Shown piece after piece: positions 49,501-61,000 of a DNA stretch of 64,000 nucleotides (position 1 is its first letter; every line of letters starts with the position of its first letter). Location of the stretch: the NCBI GenBank assembly GCA_036172245.1, contig JAYWIR010000013.1, forward strand, positions 496,001-560,000. The letters are read 5' to 3'. The notes under the pieces were generated by a model, which did not search any database, was not told the DNA's origin, and was given only the letters and a program-made list of their open reading frames with translations. Source of the stretch: Raillietiella orientalis. Lineage: Eukaryota. The position numbers and the translations under genes were made by a program.

Positions 49501-52500
49501 CAGGATGCAGCTTGAGAATCCGTTCTCTGATCGTTATCGAAACATGAAAAAATGTTAATGAAAAAGTCTCAACCGACTACTAAGTCTTACTCGAGTGGAA
49601 AAAGCAGAGGAAAATCGATTACTGTTTCTGGAGCACTCGGGAGTTATCCTGGTCTTCAACGCATTGGGAGATATGTATCACATCGTCAAACGGATGCCAA
49701 AACACATCCACGTTATCGGAAAGGAAACGTACACTTCGTGTCAACTGTAGATGCACACCCCTACTTTGTTGGGGTGATGCTATGAATTCAGATGATTAGG
49801 ATCCAATCAATGTCATGAAACGTTAGGGAACTTCATAGCCACAATTCGAGTTAGATTATGGAGCCAGAGGCGTTAGCTCCAAGAGCACGGGACCAGCTGC
49901 TCTTCTCACATTAACGACACGCTTTCGAGGCCGCAGGATGGCTTCAACGTTCCAGTGCAAGGAGAAAAGTTACGAAAAGCAATGCTCCATGGATGCGACC
50001 ATTTCGACTTTGCTATCTGGTCTGACACGAAGGCTGCTCCCGATTTTCTCTTCTCTTTTTGGTTTGTTTGCCCAGGATTTCTACCAACTTCGGTATATAT
50101 CACCAGCAACAACGCACACTTTTTTTTTCTTACGATTCGTTGCCAGGATCATATGCTAATGAGATAGTTGCGGTGCGGGTGCTTTGCTGTTCGCATCGGT
50201 CAACCTTCGAGAAATTTTCTCCTCCATGGCACTGACACAAATAGTCGAACCCTGCTCACTTCTCACGTAATCTTAGCAACCAGTCACGTACTCTTGATCG
50301 GAGACGGACCCCACAACTTATCGAAAGTACACAATGTAGATGTTTGTCCCCTAGCCCCTTATGACTTATTAATACAGTGATTGGGAATAGGACATTGAAT
50401 CTAGTTGCTTTCACAGGGTTCCGTGACTGGGAGCGTTTCCCCTGATTTGACGTCAACCAACATGCACAGCTGCACTTCCTCAACTTTGTTCCTCTCTTTT
50501 CCAACATCTTACCGGGCTGTTCCCCTTCGTATGACTTCCGGTCATCTTTTTCGAAAACGACCTCGAGTTTGTTTATTCGGACACTTTTCCATCGCAATCT
50601 TCCCAAGGGGCAAGAACCATTTTTCATAAGAAGCATGGTATCTATCTGGGCGTGGTTTTCGATACTCCCCTCGTTAAGAACCTTTCTTTCTGGGTGCAAC
50701 TCGTGTAAGGTTTCGCGTTCGACTGTCCTTTGGAGCTCCCCGTCCTTCCATCTTATTCCTTGTTGGATTTCTTTTGGAATTTCTACGTGGAAGGTCTCTT
50801 GGAAAACGACCTATGATTTCCGCTTTCGGATCCCATGTCAGGGCCCAAAGATCTGCCAAGTTCACAGGCACTGTTCATCGGACTCTTCGCACCCAAATCA
50901 TTGCCACATCTCCCTGCAGCTTCACAGAAATACGGGTTTCTTTCTCACAGAGAGATCCCCCCCCCCTCCACGGAGTTAACACCTTGTTCCAGTCTTCTTC
51001 ATCCCTTCCAAAGTTCTCCGTTCAAACTGATGATTTGAGGTTCTTAATGAGAGGCTCACTGATCTTCCGGTGGCTCTGGACGAAGCCGTGTGACGGCTCA
51101 GGGTAGTCGGGTGAACCCAGCGGAAGAGGGAATGCAAGAAGAAATTTTTTAAGGCGACTCTCCCCTCCCCCACCCCTCCTTCCTTGGAGTGCTCCTGGGT
51201 TCTTCGAGATGACTACAAACTGTTTCTTGAGCTGTGAAACATACAGCGAGCCGAGGACTCAACTTGCCACGACACGAAATGTTTCTCGAAGAGTCGTATT
51301 CCCCCTTCACGCACGAGTCTTCGAGCGAACGGGAAACAGATTTCGCGTCGCTAGGCAAGCGCATCTCCGCATAACCGCCATCGGGGAAGGGTGAGGAGGC
51401 TGGTGGGAGAATCGGCATTTCCGGCAACGACAAGCAGCTCACGCACGGGTCCACTTAGGTGGTGGGTTGGTGCGTCAAGGTCGGTTGGGAAAGCTCCAGA
51501 GCCGACTGCCTAAAACATTCTTGCTTCTGGAAGTAGGATTTCATCCTAGGATGCATGGCGACCACATCTCCGCGCTTGAACGCGAATCAAGATTCATCCA
51601 ACCTCTCCTTCTCACCTTTCGAGCCTCTAGGACGGCCACGCGGACGGACGAAAAATGGATGCTGGCTAGATGAACGGGTGGAAGGAAACTGGAGCAAAGA
51701 GCCGTTCCTGGTCCGATTCTGTCCACCTGTTCAGCTATCCGGCATCCAATCTTCGTTCCTGAGAACGGATCAAAGATACTTTTTATCTTGCAAAGATTTC
51801 TGCAGACTTCGCTCGACGGGGAACAGGAATGCTCGAACTCTGTTTCTACATCAGCGGCTCTCCTAGAGCTCTCTCCTTTACGCTTGGTGGCCGCCAACAC
51901 GCCAACGTGGGAAGGGTCTTTTTGGGTCCGCAGTAGAGGCAGCATTCCCCTGAGCGCCAGCGTGGCTACAGAGACGAAAAGGGATCCGCCTGCAAAGGAA
52001 CGCTTCGTCCACCCCCTCGATCAGGAAGGCGACGCGCGGACGATGGGGAGCTACTGGACAGCAACCAAGGATCAACGGCGCGGAGTCGCCGTTGGCACTT
52101 GACCTCCCCCTGCAAAAAGGGAATGACCTGACAGTACTGGAAGTGTGCTGCCCATCCGAAAGCACAGCAGTAGAGTTCAAGGAAGGCGCGTGGAAGAAGA
52201 GAGAGAGACAGGGGGAGGGGACAGAGGGAAGGGGAGCCACGGGCTTCCCCTTTCACTCGCAGGAACGCAAGCGTCACTTAACGCGATCATCGGCGGCTTA
52301 TTGGGATCCTGGAAACTCCCCATTACGACCGTGTTCAGCAAGAGCTGGGAACTCCACGAACCTATGTGGACCAGCTCTTCCATTGATTGAGCTGATGGAT
52401 TGCACACCCGGAATGAAGGAGGGGGCTGCCTCTTTACGGCCTCCGCCGTTTTCCCTTCTTCGTGCCCACATTTAGGCGTCTGACGTGATGAGATTGTTTT

Positions 52501-54619
52501 CTCCCCCCCTTCAAATTTCCGTCCACTTCTGCGTTGGATGGCGCCATACCGTCGCTGCTCTGCTCGTTTTCTCCACTGGAAGGGGAAGGGAAGGTGATGT
52601 CCCCATCCGTAGGTCCCAAAGATGTCCGGCTCTATTGGATGTTCGAAGAAACCAAGCCGCGTTTCATTCCACGGAAGCGTGGCCTCGTCGGGAGGGATCT
52701 CCGTCAGCCTTCCCACTCCCTGTTCACTATGTGGACCCCAGGTCCCACACAGAGAGACCAGACATCCAGGATTATAGAAACTGCAATCCGCACGAGCCAG
52801 CTCGGCTAAGTGGCGGTGTCGACCAGCAGCATCCAACTCGTCCAGGATGTCCATGGGCTACGCAGGAAGGACGTCCTCCGAAAGGCAGAGCACAGATCTC
52901 CACAGCCGCGCCTCCAGATGACCAATAGAGGTGGACAAATCTCAGTTCACAAGAGCCTCCGGGCACGGACCGCAGCGGCGACCTCTTCCGGAAGAAGCGT
53001 CATTTCAGCAAGGAGCTTCCCTCGCTCTTGAGCATGCTGTGGACCCCCCTCCGCCAACAACGACCGTGTGTGAAAGCAGATCCTCAGTTCAGGAATCGCA
53101 TGGAGTCTTTGGCGGAGGCGGTTACCTGGGTCGAGTCGCTGTCGTCGTCGTCGCTTGCCTAGGGCTTGCGTCAGCCAACTCGGAGGCGTCGGCGGTTGAC
53201 CCGAGCTCGGCGAGCATCCCCCCCCTTCCCCCTCTGTGGAGGTCCACCATGATGCGGGGTGTGCTAGGAGGACACTTCACTCAGCGTGGTGTGGATCCGC
53301 GGAGGCCCTATCAAGGAAAATGCCACGAAGGACGCTCTCCCACGCGTCTTATTGCTAGTTGAAAACTATATCCACGCGCTTCGGAAGGCCGGACTGCGTG
53401 ATGCTAGCCGCGCAAGCGGCCACCGGATGGAGCGATGAGGCTGCCACATGAGGAGCGCCCGCTGGAGCACGTGGCGAACAGCCGCGAGCCTGCCCTACGC
53501 GCCCGGGTCATCTCGCACCCACGCAGCTGACCCGGGCGCGGAAGACTGAGGTCAGCATGCGGAGATGAGTCCGGAGTATGGCCTTCCCCCCTCCCGCCCG
53601 CGCCTGCGAGCGATAGCCACGCACGGCACCCCGTGCTAACGCAGCGCCCGTCCCGAGAGGACAGACAAGGTCGGTCCGCTCCGACGGCGTGTCGCTGTCA
53701 CGCCACCCACCTCCGGGGGCGTCTCCCTCGGGGTTCCGGACCCGGAAATTGCGACGGTCCTGGAAGAGGGCGCCACCGTACCCGCCGTGCGAGCCTCGTC
53801 CTTCAGAGATGCGCCGACAGCGAAGGACCGCTCGCGTTGCTGGCCGAGCCCCCGTTGCGAGACGCGGGGATTTGGCTTCCCCCTCCCCGAGGCAACTTGC
53901 CTTCTTTCGGGAAACCCACCCATAGGTCTCCGCCGCCCTCTGCACTTTTTTGCTGGGCCACAGGAGGCGGCCGCGTATTGGGCTGCATTCCTTGACAGCA
54001 GCCCGGGACGGAACTCCGTCCCATGCGACTTCCCCTCAGCCGTCTCTTGGGGGAAACGCCGCAGGACCGGAAGTTGGCCACCACACCTCTTGCTGTAGCG
54101 CTGTCCACCCTGAGGGTCAGCAACGGCAGTAGCCTGGTGGCGGGGCGTGAGTTCTGCGCCATTTCAGGAGCGGCTAGGAGCTTTGAGCGAGCCAGTGGAC
54201 GCCGCCACTCCTCGGTCAGTGGCAAAGGGACGACGTCGGTGGTCCAAAACGTTGAGTGCGCTCCCTCTTCGCCTGACGAGCTCGTGGTCCCTCCCTCGTG
54301 TTCGAATACTTCTGTGCTCCCTTTAAGAGCGGGAGGCAGGCTGTGCTGCTGTTCCTGCACTGGGGGAGGAGACCTCCGGTGCAAGTTTCCGAAGGAACCG
54401 CATCCCCGAACTGTTATTGTTTCAGATGCGGATTGATGATTTAACCCCCTCGCCTGTTTCTGGGCTGCATTGACCTCAGCGAACTCTGGCGAACGCTCTG
54501 ACTTCGGCGACAGGACACCACTGGTCACCTGCTGCGGTGGTTCTCCACGCACGGCGGGCTTTCGGTTGGTGCGGTGATGACAACGATGTGTTGCCCGACG
54601 GCCCGTCATGCCTTGCAGA

Positions 54620-55050
54620 CCCTCAAGCACAGCGAAAGAAGGTCACCGGGATGGCAGTCGCCTACATGAGGACGGCTGCAAGCTGGTCTCATCTGGAAGA
54701 GGAAGTCGGGAGAGGAGATGTGCTAAGAAAAGCAAGAGAGCACAGAATGGAGAAGTATGGCGATGTTGCCTCCCCCATGTTTTACCGGGATTCAGGCTCC
54801 GGTTCGGGCAATATTCTCAAGATCCCTCGGCCCTTGGGGTCCTTGCAAGGAGCAAGTTGTTCAAGGCCGCCGGACCAAACGTCCGCGCACGGATCCGTGC
54901 ATGTCCAGAGGTCGTCTGTCGATCGCCGGCATTCCAGCCGTCTCTGGGATGTGCACATCCTTGCATCGATCATGCGCAGAGGGCCCATCAACGACGCGTA
55001 CTCCTCCGAGTGGGGGCACGAAGGATTCACCATGGAGAAGGGTCCTCCAC
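54620..55050 (+). mobile_element. Possible highly decayed non-LTR (RTE-like) AP-endonuclease fragment
   Basis: Across shifting frames the order is DGCKLVSSG, QNG, HVQRSSVDR, INDAYSSEWG. This loosely matches RTE endonuclease motifs (GxKLxYxG, NGVG, VxRxSDR, ISAYAPQVG). Resemblance by eye only. Confidence 0.25.
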
Positions 55051-58000
55051 GGACGCACTCTGACGGGTCCACGTTAGGGGGAAGGAGGAAGAGGCTGCCA
55101 GACAAACGCCACTTGGCGCTGGTTCGCTTCACGAGGCTTTCGTTCACGTTTGGTTGCCCATGACAACTGCCAACGGTGGACCGAAAGCACCTTTTGCGCT
55201 GACTGCAACCCGCGCTCGGAAAGGGCACGAAAATCGATGAAGGGGGGGATGCTCCTCTCCCCTCGTCTTCGCCTTCCCGCCCCCGTAAATGGTCCGTGGC
55301 TTCTGAGGGTCCAAGGATTCTGCCGCGGGGTAGGGATGGCCCCATCCAGCATTCCTTCCAATGCGCGCCTGGAAGTCATCGAACTCTCGAGCACTCCCCA
55401 TTCTCTTCCCGGAGCGCTCCCCCTCCAGTTCCTCGGGAATTTTCGATTCCATCGGCACTCTTCCGCCTGCCGCATCCCGAGCTCCCGGAGATCTCGCGAC
55501 GGGGGTCTCCCTCACACGCCCTCTGGAGCGGCGGGGAGCCGGTCCTCGAGAGTCCGCCCTCCTCCTGCCTCGCCTCTCCCAGCGCCTTTGCCGAGCGCTC
55601 GACGGGGCATGTGACGTCCCGAATTACTTCCTCCCCTTTTCCCTGGGGCACCAGCTCTGGCTGCAGCTCCGGATCTTCCTCCTGGAGAAGTCTGACTGGA
55701 GATCAACAGTGATGCAAGGGGGCTCTCCACCACCTCCCGAGTGGGGTCATTCTCTCCATCCGTTTTTTTTTAAAAAAAACAAAAAACAAGCTCTCCTCGA
55801 AGGGAGAAGACCAAAGGGGAACAACCCTGGAGGGCTCCTTGATGTCCTGGAAGGACCCTCACGGAGAGTCAACTTCCGATCCAGGCCACTCAACAGGAGC
55901 ATCCAGAGGTTTTCGACTTTCACCGGTGTCGCCGCCGCACTATAAGTCTCCAGACCAACCAGCATATCCTGTAGGGGGGACTTGGACCCATGACGCATCC
56001 CCCATTCCTCTGGAGTCGATCCTTCCACCGAGCAGGATTCAAACCTGCGACGCCTGCTGGTGCCACGCGCGCAGAAACCACAGCCACCGCGGGAGGTCGT
56101 CATTCGTGGGTGAGTTGGTAGCGTGCAGATGGTATTCCTGAAGCGCCGAGGTACCCGCCCTTTCAGTGAGAGAGGATGGCGCCGCTTGGGGAGACCCCCA
56201 CCTCTCCCGGTACCGCGCGCGGGAAGCCCCGGCCTTGCTTCTACGAGGAGGAGCAAGGAGAGCCGTCCAGGTAGGGAACAGAGGTCGCCAGGGTGCTCTG
56301 TCCAACGGAGAGCGGCCCCTTCAGAGCGGGTGATGGGCGTCGCCGCTCCGAAGGGCCAACTGACGCGCACCTCCCACTTTGTCGCCCCTGCTGCGAGGTG
56401 TCATCCGCTCTGCTGTTTCTCTCCCTTGGGTAGGGGCGACCAGTTTGGTCGCGACGAAAGTATCGCACGCCCTGTGGCCACACGGGGTCATGGAGAGAAA
56501 CCTCGGTTCCCCCGTGAGCACGGGTGAGGGAAGGGCTAATCAATACTTGGGAAGAAGGGTCTGGACCTTCACCTTGACCTGCGATGCAAATGCAGTAACC
56601 AGTATTTTTTTTTTTTTTCTTTCGTTGACCCTACGATCACTCCGTAGAATTCGCCCTCCGCCCATTCAGTTGACTTTTGGGGCCTCAGAATGACCGTAAT
56701 TCCCAGAATCCTCTTTGCCTAGTGCTGCGGAGCACTTAAACGAAGAACGACTCGTTCCTAATCACATTTTACCCTTAGGTATCCCACCCCCATCCCCAGA
56801 TATGTAAGGTATGATCCTCATCCTTTTTTTTTTTTTTTGGTTCTCAAGGAGTGCCCAAGAACCTCTGGTCACTTTGCGGGGCTCTCGCGAAGCTCTTTGG
56901 CACGTCCCGCGCCACCCGAGGGTGCGTGCTGAACCTTCAAGTTCTGAGAGGCATCCCGGGAGGGGACCACCACATAAATCCAGGAAGTGGCTCCGGAGAA
57001 GGGAGTCCGTACCTTTCTTACGCTTGGGAGAGTCACCTCTTTCTTGTTCTCTTCGGAGGGACCACTCCATTTCTCCTCCAGAAGGACTCTTGGAAAGGAT
57101 CCGCTCCTTGTTTCTTGCTCTGAAGAAAGCCCCGAAGGGAGCAGAGTTCCCCGTACGCTCTGGAGAGACAACCCCCCGGGGGGAGTATCAGCTCCATAGT
57201 ACGCGATGGAGGGAGTCCTCCTTGAAGAAGAAGGGAATGGGGGGGGACAGCTCCATAGCAACCAGAAAGGAACCCCGAAAGGCTCCTTGATGTTCTGGAG
57301 GGATCCCGGAAGCTCAACTTCCAATCCCGGCCAGTCAAAGGGGCATCTGGGTGTTTCCGGCTTCTACCAGCGCCACACCCTTCCTGAACTCCCCCCCAAT
57401 TTTCTGACTGCATTTTTCGTTTTGTTTTTTTCTTTTTGTTTGTCCCCCTTCCGCTATGTTGCCGAGACGACCCCGTTGGCCTGCGTGCCAGCTCCCGGGA
57501 AGTTCCTTCTCGTAGTCATAAGTAATGTGGCAGTATCGAACGTCCTGCCACAGACGCGTATGTTTATTTTTTATAAATAAACGCCCCGGCGTGACCGAGT
57601 GCCAACCAGAGCCACACCCGGAGCCTCTAACGCCAGTAGCGAGAGTCATCTTGAGGGGGGACTCGAAACTCACGACGCATTTCCAATTTTCAGAGTCGGT
57701 CTTCCCTCGGGTGAGATTCGAACCCAACGCTTGGTACCGCGTGCGAAGAGCGCAGCCACGTGGCAGCCAACGCGGGCCGCGCCAAGCGTCGGTTAAGAAA
57801 GCGAGCCGCGCGGACTTGGTTTTTCGGCTCACTTGCTCGACCGGAGTTCGGAGCGACTCTCACCGAGTCTGCCCTCTAGCAGTCCCACCCTCCGGTGTGA
57901 ATCAGGACCTTCCCATCTCCGGAATGGACCCCGTTTCTCATCCGGACAGCGCACTGCAAGATGGCCTCCGTCGGACTTGGAAAGGACGGCGGGGAATGAT

Positions 58001-61000
58001 GAAGCGTGCCTAAAGAAGGCTCGCAGAGAGAGGGGGAGGAGACACCTCCCGAACCTGAAGAAACGGGAGGATTCTGCTCAAACGCATGAGGAAGAGCGAC
58101 CACTGCCGGCTGCAGCGCTTCCGTTCAGTGTGTGTGTTCACCGCTAACAACCCATTCTCCAAGCAACCTTTCGTTCTCTTTCTTATATTCGGGAGCTTTC
58201 TACCACGGGAGGCGGCCCACTTTTCATCAAGGTCCACGACTTCGGCCAAACCGGGCAACACTCGGAACCTCAGCAAGAAGTTGTTTTGCAAAGAACCCTT
58301 GCTCTTTCAGAGTTTGAATGAAACTTTGACCTGATCTGCCCTCTTGAAATTCCTTCAAGAATTTCATCTTGTTTTTTCTGCCCAGCTCTGCCAAGCCCGG
58401 AGGAATGAATAGCACCACCAGCGCAGTGGATAAACTGCTCCTGGCATTCTCTGCTTGGGTGCCTCAGGATCAGTGCCTTCTTGGTCGAATCCTCACTCTT
58501 CGACTTTGAAACGGCAACAGATATTAAGAATCAGTCCATCCAAGGTAGAGTTGCGGCGTTTCCATTGATCATGCATTCATCCTTCCAAATTCTTCATCTC
58601 TACGCACGAATTTTTCCTCCCGTGCACAGAGTCCTCGTTGCTTTTGAATCGAGGAAACGCGCAAGAAGAGGAGGAGGTGGAGGAAGGAGAAGCAATGCGC
58701 GCTCGTGGTTCTACTTTCAGGTTCCTAAACCTCAGTCTTGCTCCCAGATGCTTCGACCCCGAAACAGCTCCAGGGAACGAACTGGATTCTGCTCCAAGCG
58801 TTCCGTAGTTTGCTTCTGCGAGGACAGGCACGGATCGTTTTGATCCTCGTTTCACCAGAAGGACGCTCTATTGCCTCATGCTAATTATCCTTGAAGTTCA
58901 GTGAAGCCGCTTTTGCAGGCGATCCCGCTTTGCTAATTCTCTGGTGGCTCAAAAAAAAAAAAATAACGGATCGACAGCTTGTCCTTACACGTCAGAGCCT
59001 CCTGCTTCCACACTCCTCAAAAGTGATTATCCCACGGCGACATCCAAAACTCCATTTAATTCCACTTTGCACGAAATGCATTACGAAAGAGAGAGCGGCA
59101 TTTCGATCTCTAGCGTTTCCAGTTTAATATGGTCATTTGAGAAACACACGCACCCAAACGGGAGGAGAGGAGGGAGGGAATCAGAAAAAGATGGAGTGAG
59201 TAGAGGAGATGACTGTAAAGGAAAAAAAAAATTGGAACGAAAAGTTTAAGATGTTTCAGAGAGCGCAAACGGGATCAGGCACGGTAGGTCCCGCCGTCTG
59301 TTATGCGAACAGCTCTCCTCAGCAAGAACAGCGTACAGCTGCTTCATCTGAATGAAAGAGGAAATTCAGGGAGGAAAACAAGACATTGTTGGGCGAGATC
59401 GCAGTAATCTTGCTGAGATGCTGTGTGGTCTGGCTGGAGATGAACGAATAACAGCACATGTGCTGCTACAATCACGATGCAGCTGGCAAGGAGCCATCTA
59501 TCGGGAGGAACCCGTACTAGGTGGAAAATGGCATCTATGAATGATTCCAGGAGCTCTGTGGGCTTTTTTCGGCTAGCATTTCCTGACGAGAATGCAAGCT
59601 CACTTCCAGATCTGTAGCTTGGAAAGTGATCGTATGGCGATTTGTAGAGTTTTCCCTCCGGTATCCGCTTCCTTGAGCTTGGTCCTTGGGAAAGTGATGA
59701 AGCCGTTGTTGGATGCATCACGAGTAGCGCCCAGAAGCGTTAAGAAAAGGACAAATAAAAGAAGAACTGTTGGTTTTTTCATGCTATAAAGTATCTTCTT
59801 AAAAGAGCAGCATCCGAAGAAGAATGAGGAAAGAGAGGATGGGAGAAGACGGCGGATGAGATTTTTTTTTTTTTTTTTTTTCCTCTGCAAATTTCCTTTT
59901 CTAAGAACGAATGAGGTAAAGCAAATCAGAATGAATCACGTGCACCAGCACTTGGGCCGGTGAACCTCGCGAGTATAAAGTAACAGATGTACACGATGAC
60001 AGTAACAGCGATTCAGATGTTCCTCTGAAACATCATGAAGGGTGGAGAAAGCTCATGAAAGCTTGAAACAATGCTCTCCACACTCCGAGGAGGAAAAAAA
60101 ATAAATAAAAAGCCAGGAGAAGACTTCCAAGGGATGATCACCCCTGACAAACGAACGTTCCTTTCGCGGGTTGGGAATGCACAAACTGCGAGAGTTTGTG
60201 GTGAACAATAAAAAGGAATCGGGGAACCGATTAGTAGAAGCTGAGCGGTTACACTCTTGCAGGAGCTTCCGTGCTCTTAAAGATGGTTGGATGTGTGCTC
60301 TTGTTTACAAAGAGTGCAGAAGCATCTGTGAGAACCCGGTACTTCGATAATGGATTTTCACGTGTACAGTCAGAACCTCAGCTGTAACCGTTGAGATTAA
60401 AGGCATCGTGTTTTTGCTTTCTTCGAAGATTAGCCATTTCGTCATCCGATGAATCATGGCCTGTTCATCTATTTCCCATGTAGCACGAGCAGCCGAGCCA
60501 TCTAACACCACAATATTAGCATCTCACACTCATCGTCTACTCCCTACACACATTCCAAGGAGCAAACACCCGCTCACTTCCTCGTGCCCTATTTTTCCAA
60601 CACCTTCCTTCTCACCCCTTCCGTTCCTTGCTGCATTCAATCCTCCCAGGGCATGGCATCCCCTTCCCGCGATCTCTACCCAAACGAGCGTCTCTGGAAT
60701 TAATCCCCGTTCCATTAGCAATTAGTCCCTATCTCATCCTCCTCGACCTCACTCCCTATCCACCTTGATATCAGCATTTCGCCCATTAAACCAAACCCTC
60801 GAAATCTATCTCTTGTTCCCATCTCCCTCTCGCTTCCGTCAACCCAAACGCCATCGTTTTTCCAAGCATCTCCTTCCTTCACGGGTGTCGTGTTTTCGGA
60901 ATTTCCATCTCCTTGCGCGCGTCTCCAGAAGCCGCTCGACGGGGAAAGCTCCGGTCGGAACAGCGCAGGCGCGCGGTTTCACGTGGCATTCCATCGTCCC

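Noticed and set aside
57704..57770. tRNA/SINE-like head on the minus strand (GGGTTCGAATC B-box with an A-box-like TGGC..TGG); a similar B-box lies at 15513-15523
   Set aside because: No cloverleaf stems or anticodon arm could be folded. At most a degenerate SINE, which needs tRNAscan or Dfam to decide.
51811..60944. 11-mer GCTCGACGGGG recurring three times (about 51811, 55597, 60934)
   Set aside because: The flanks are unrelated and the spacing irregular. Compatible with chance in GC-rich DNA, and not an array.
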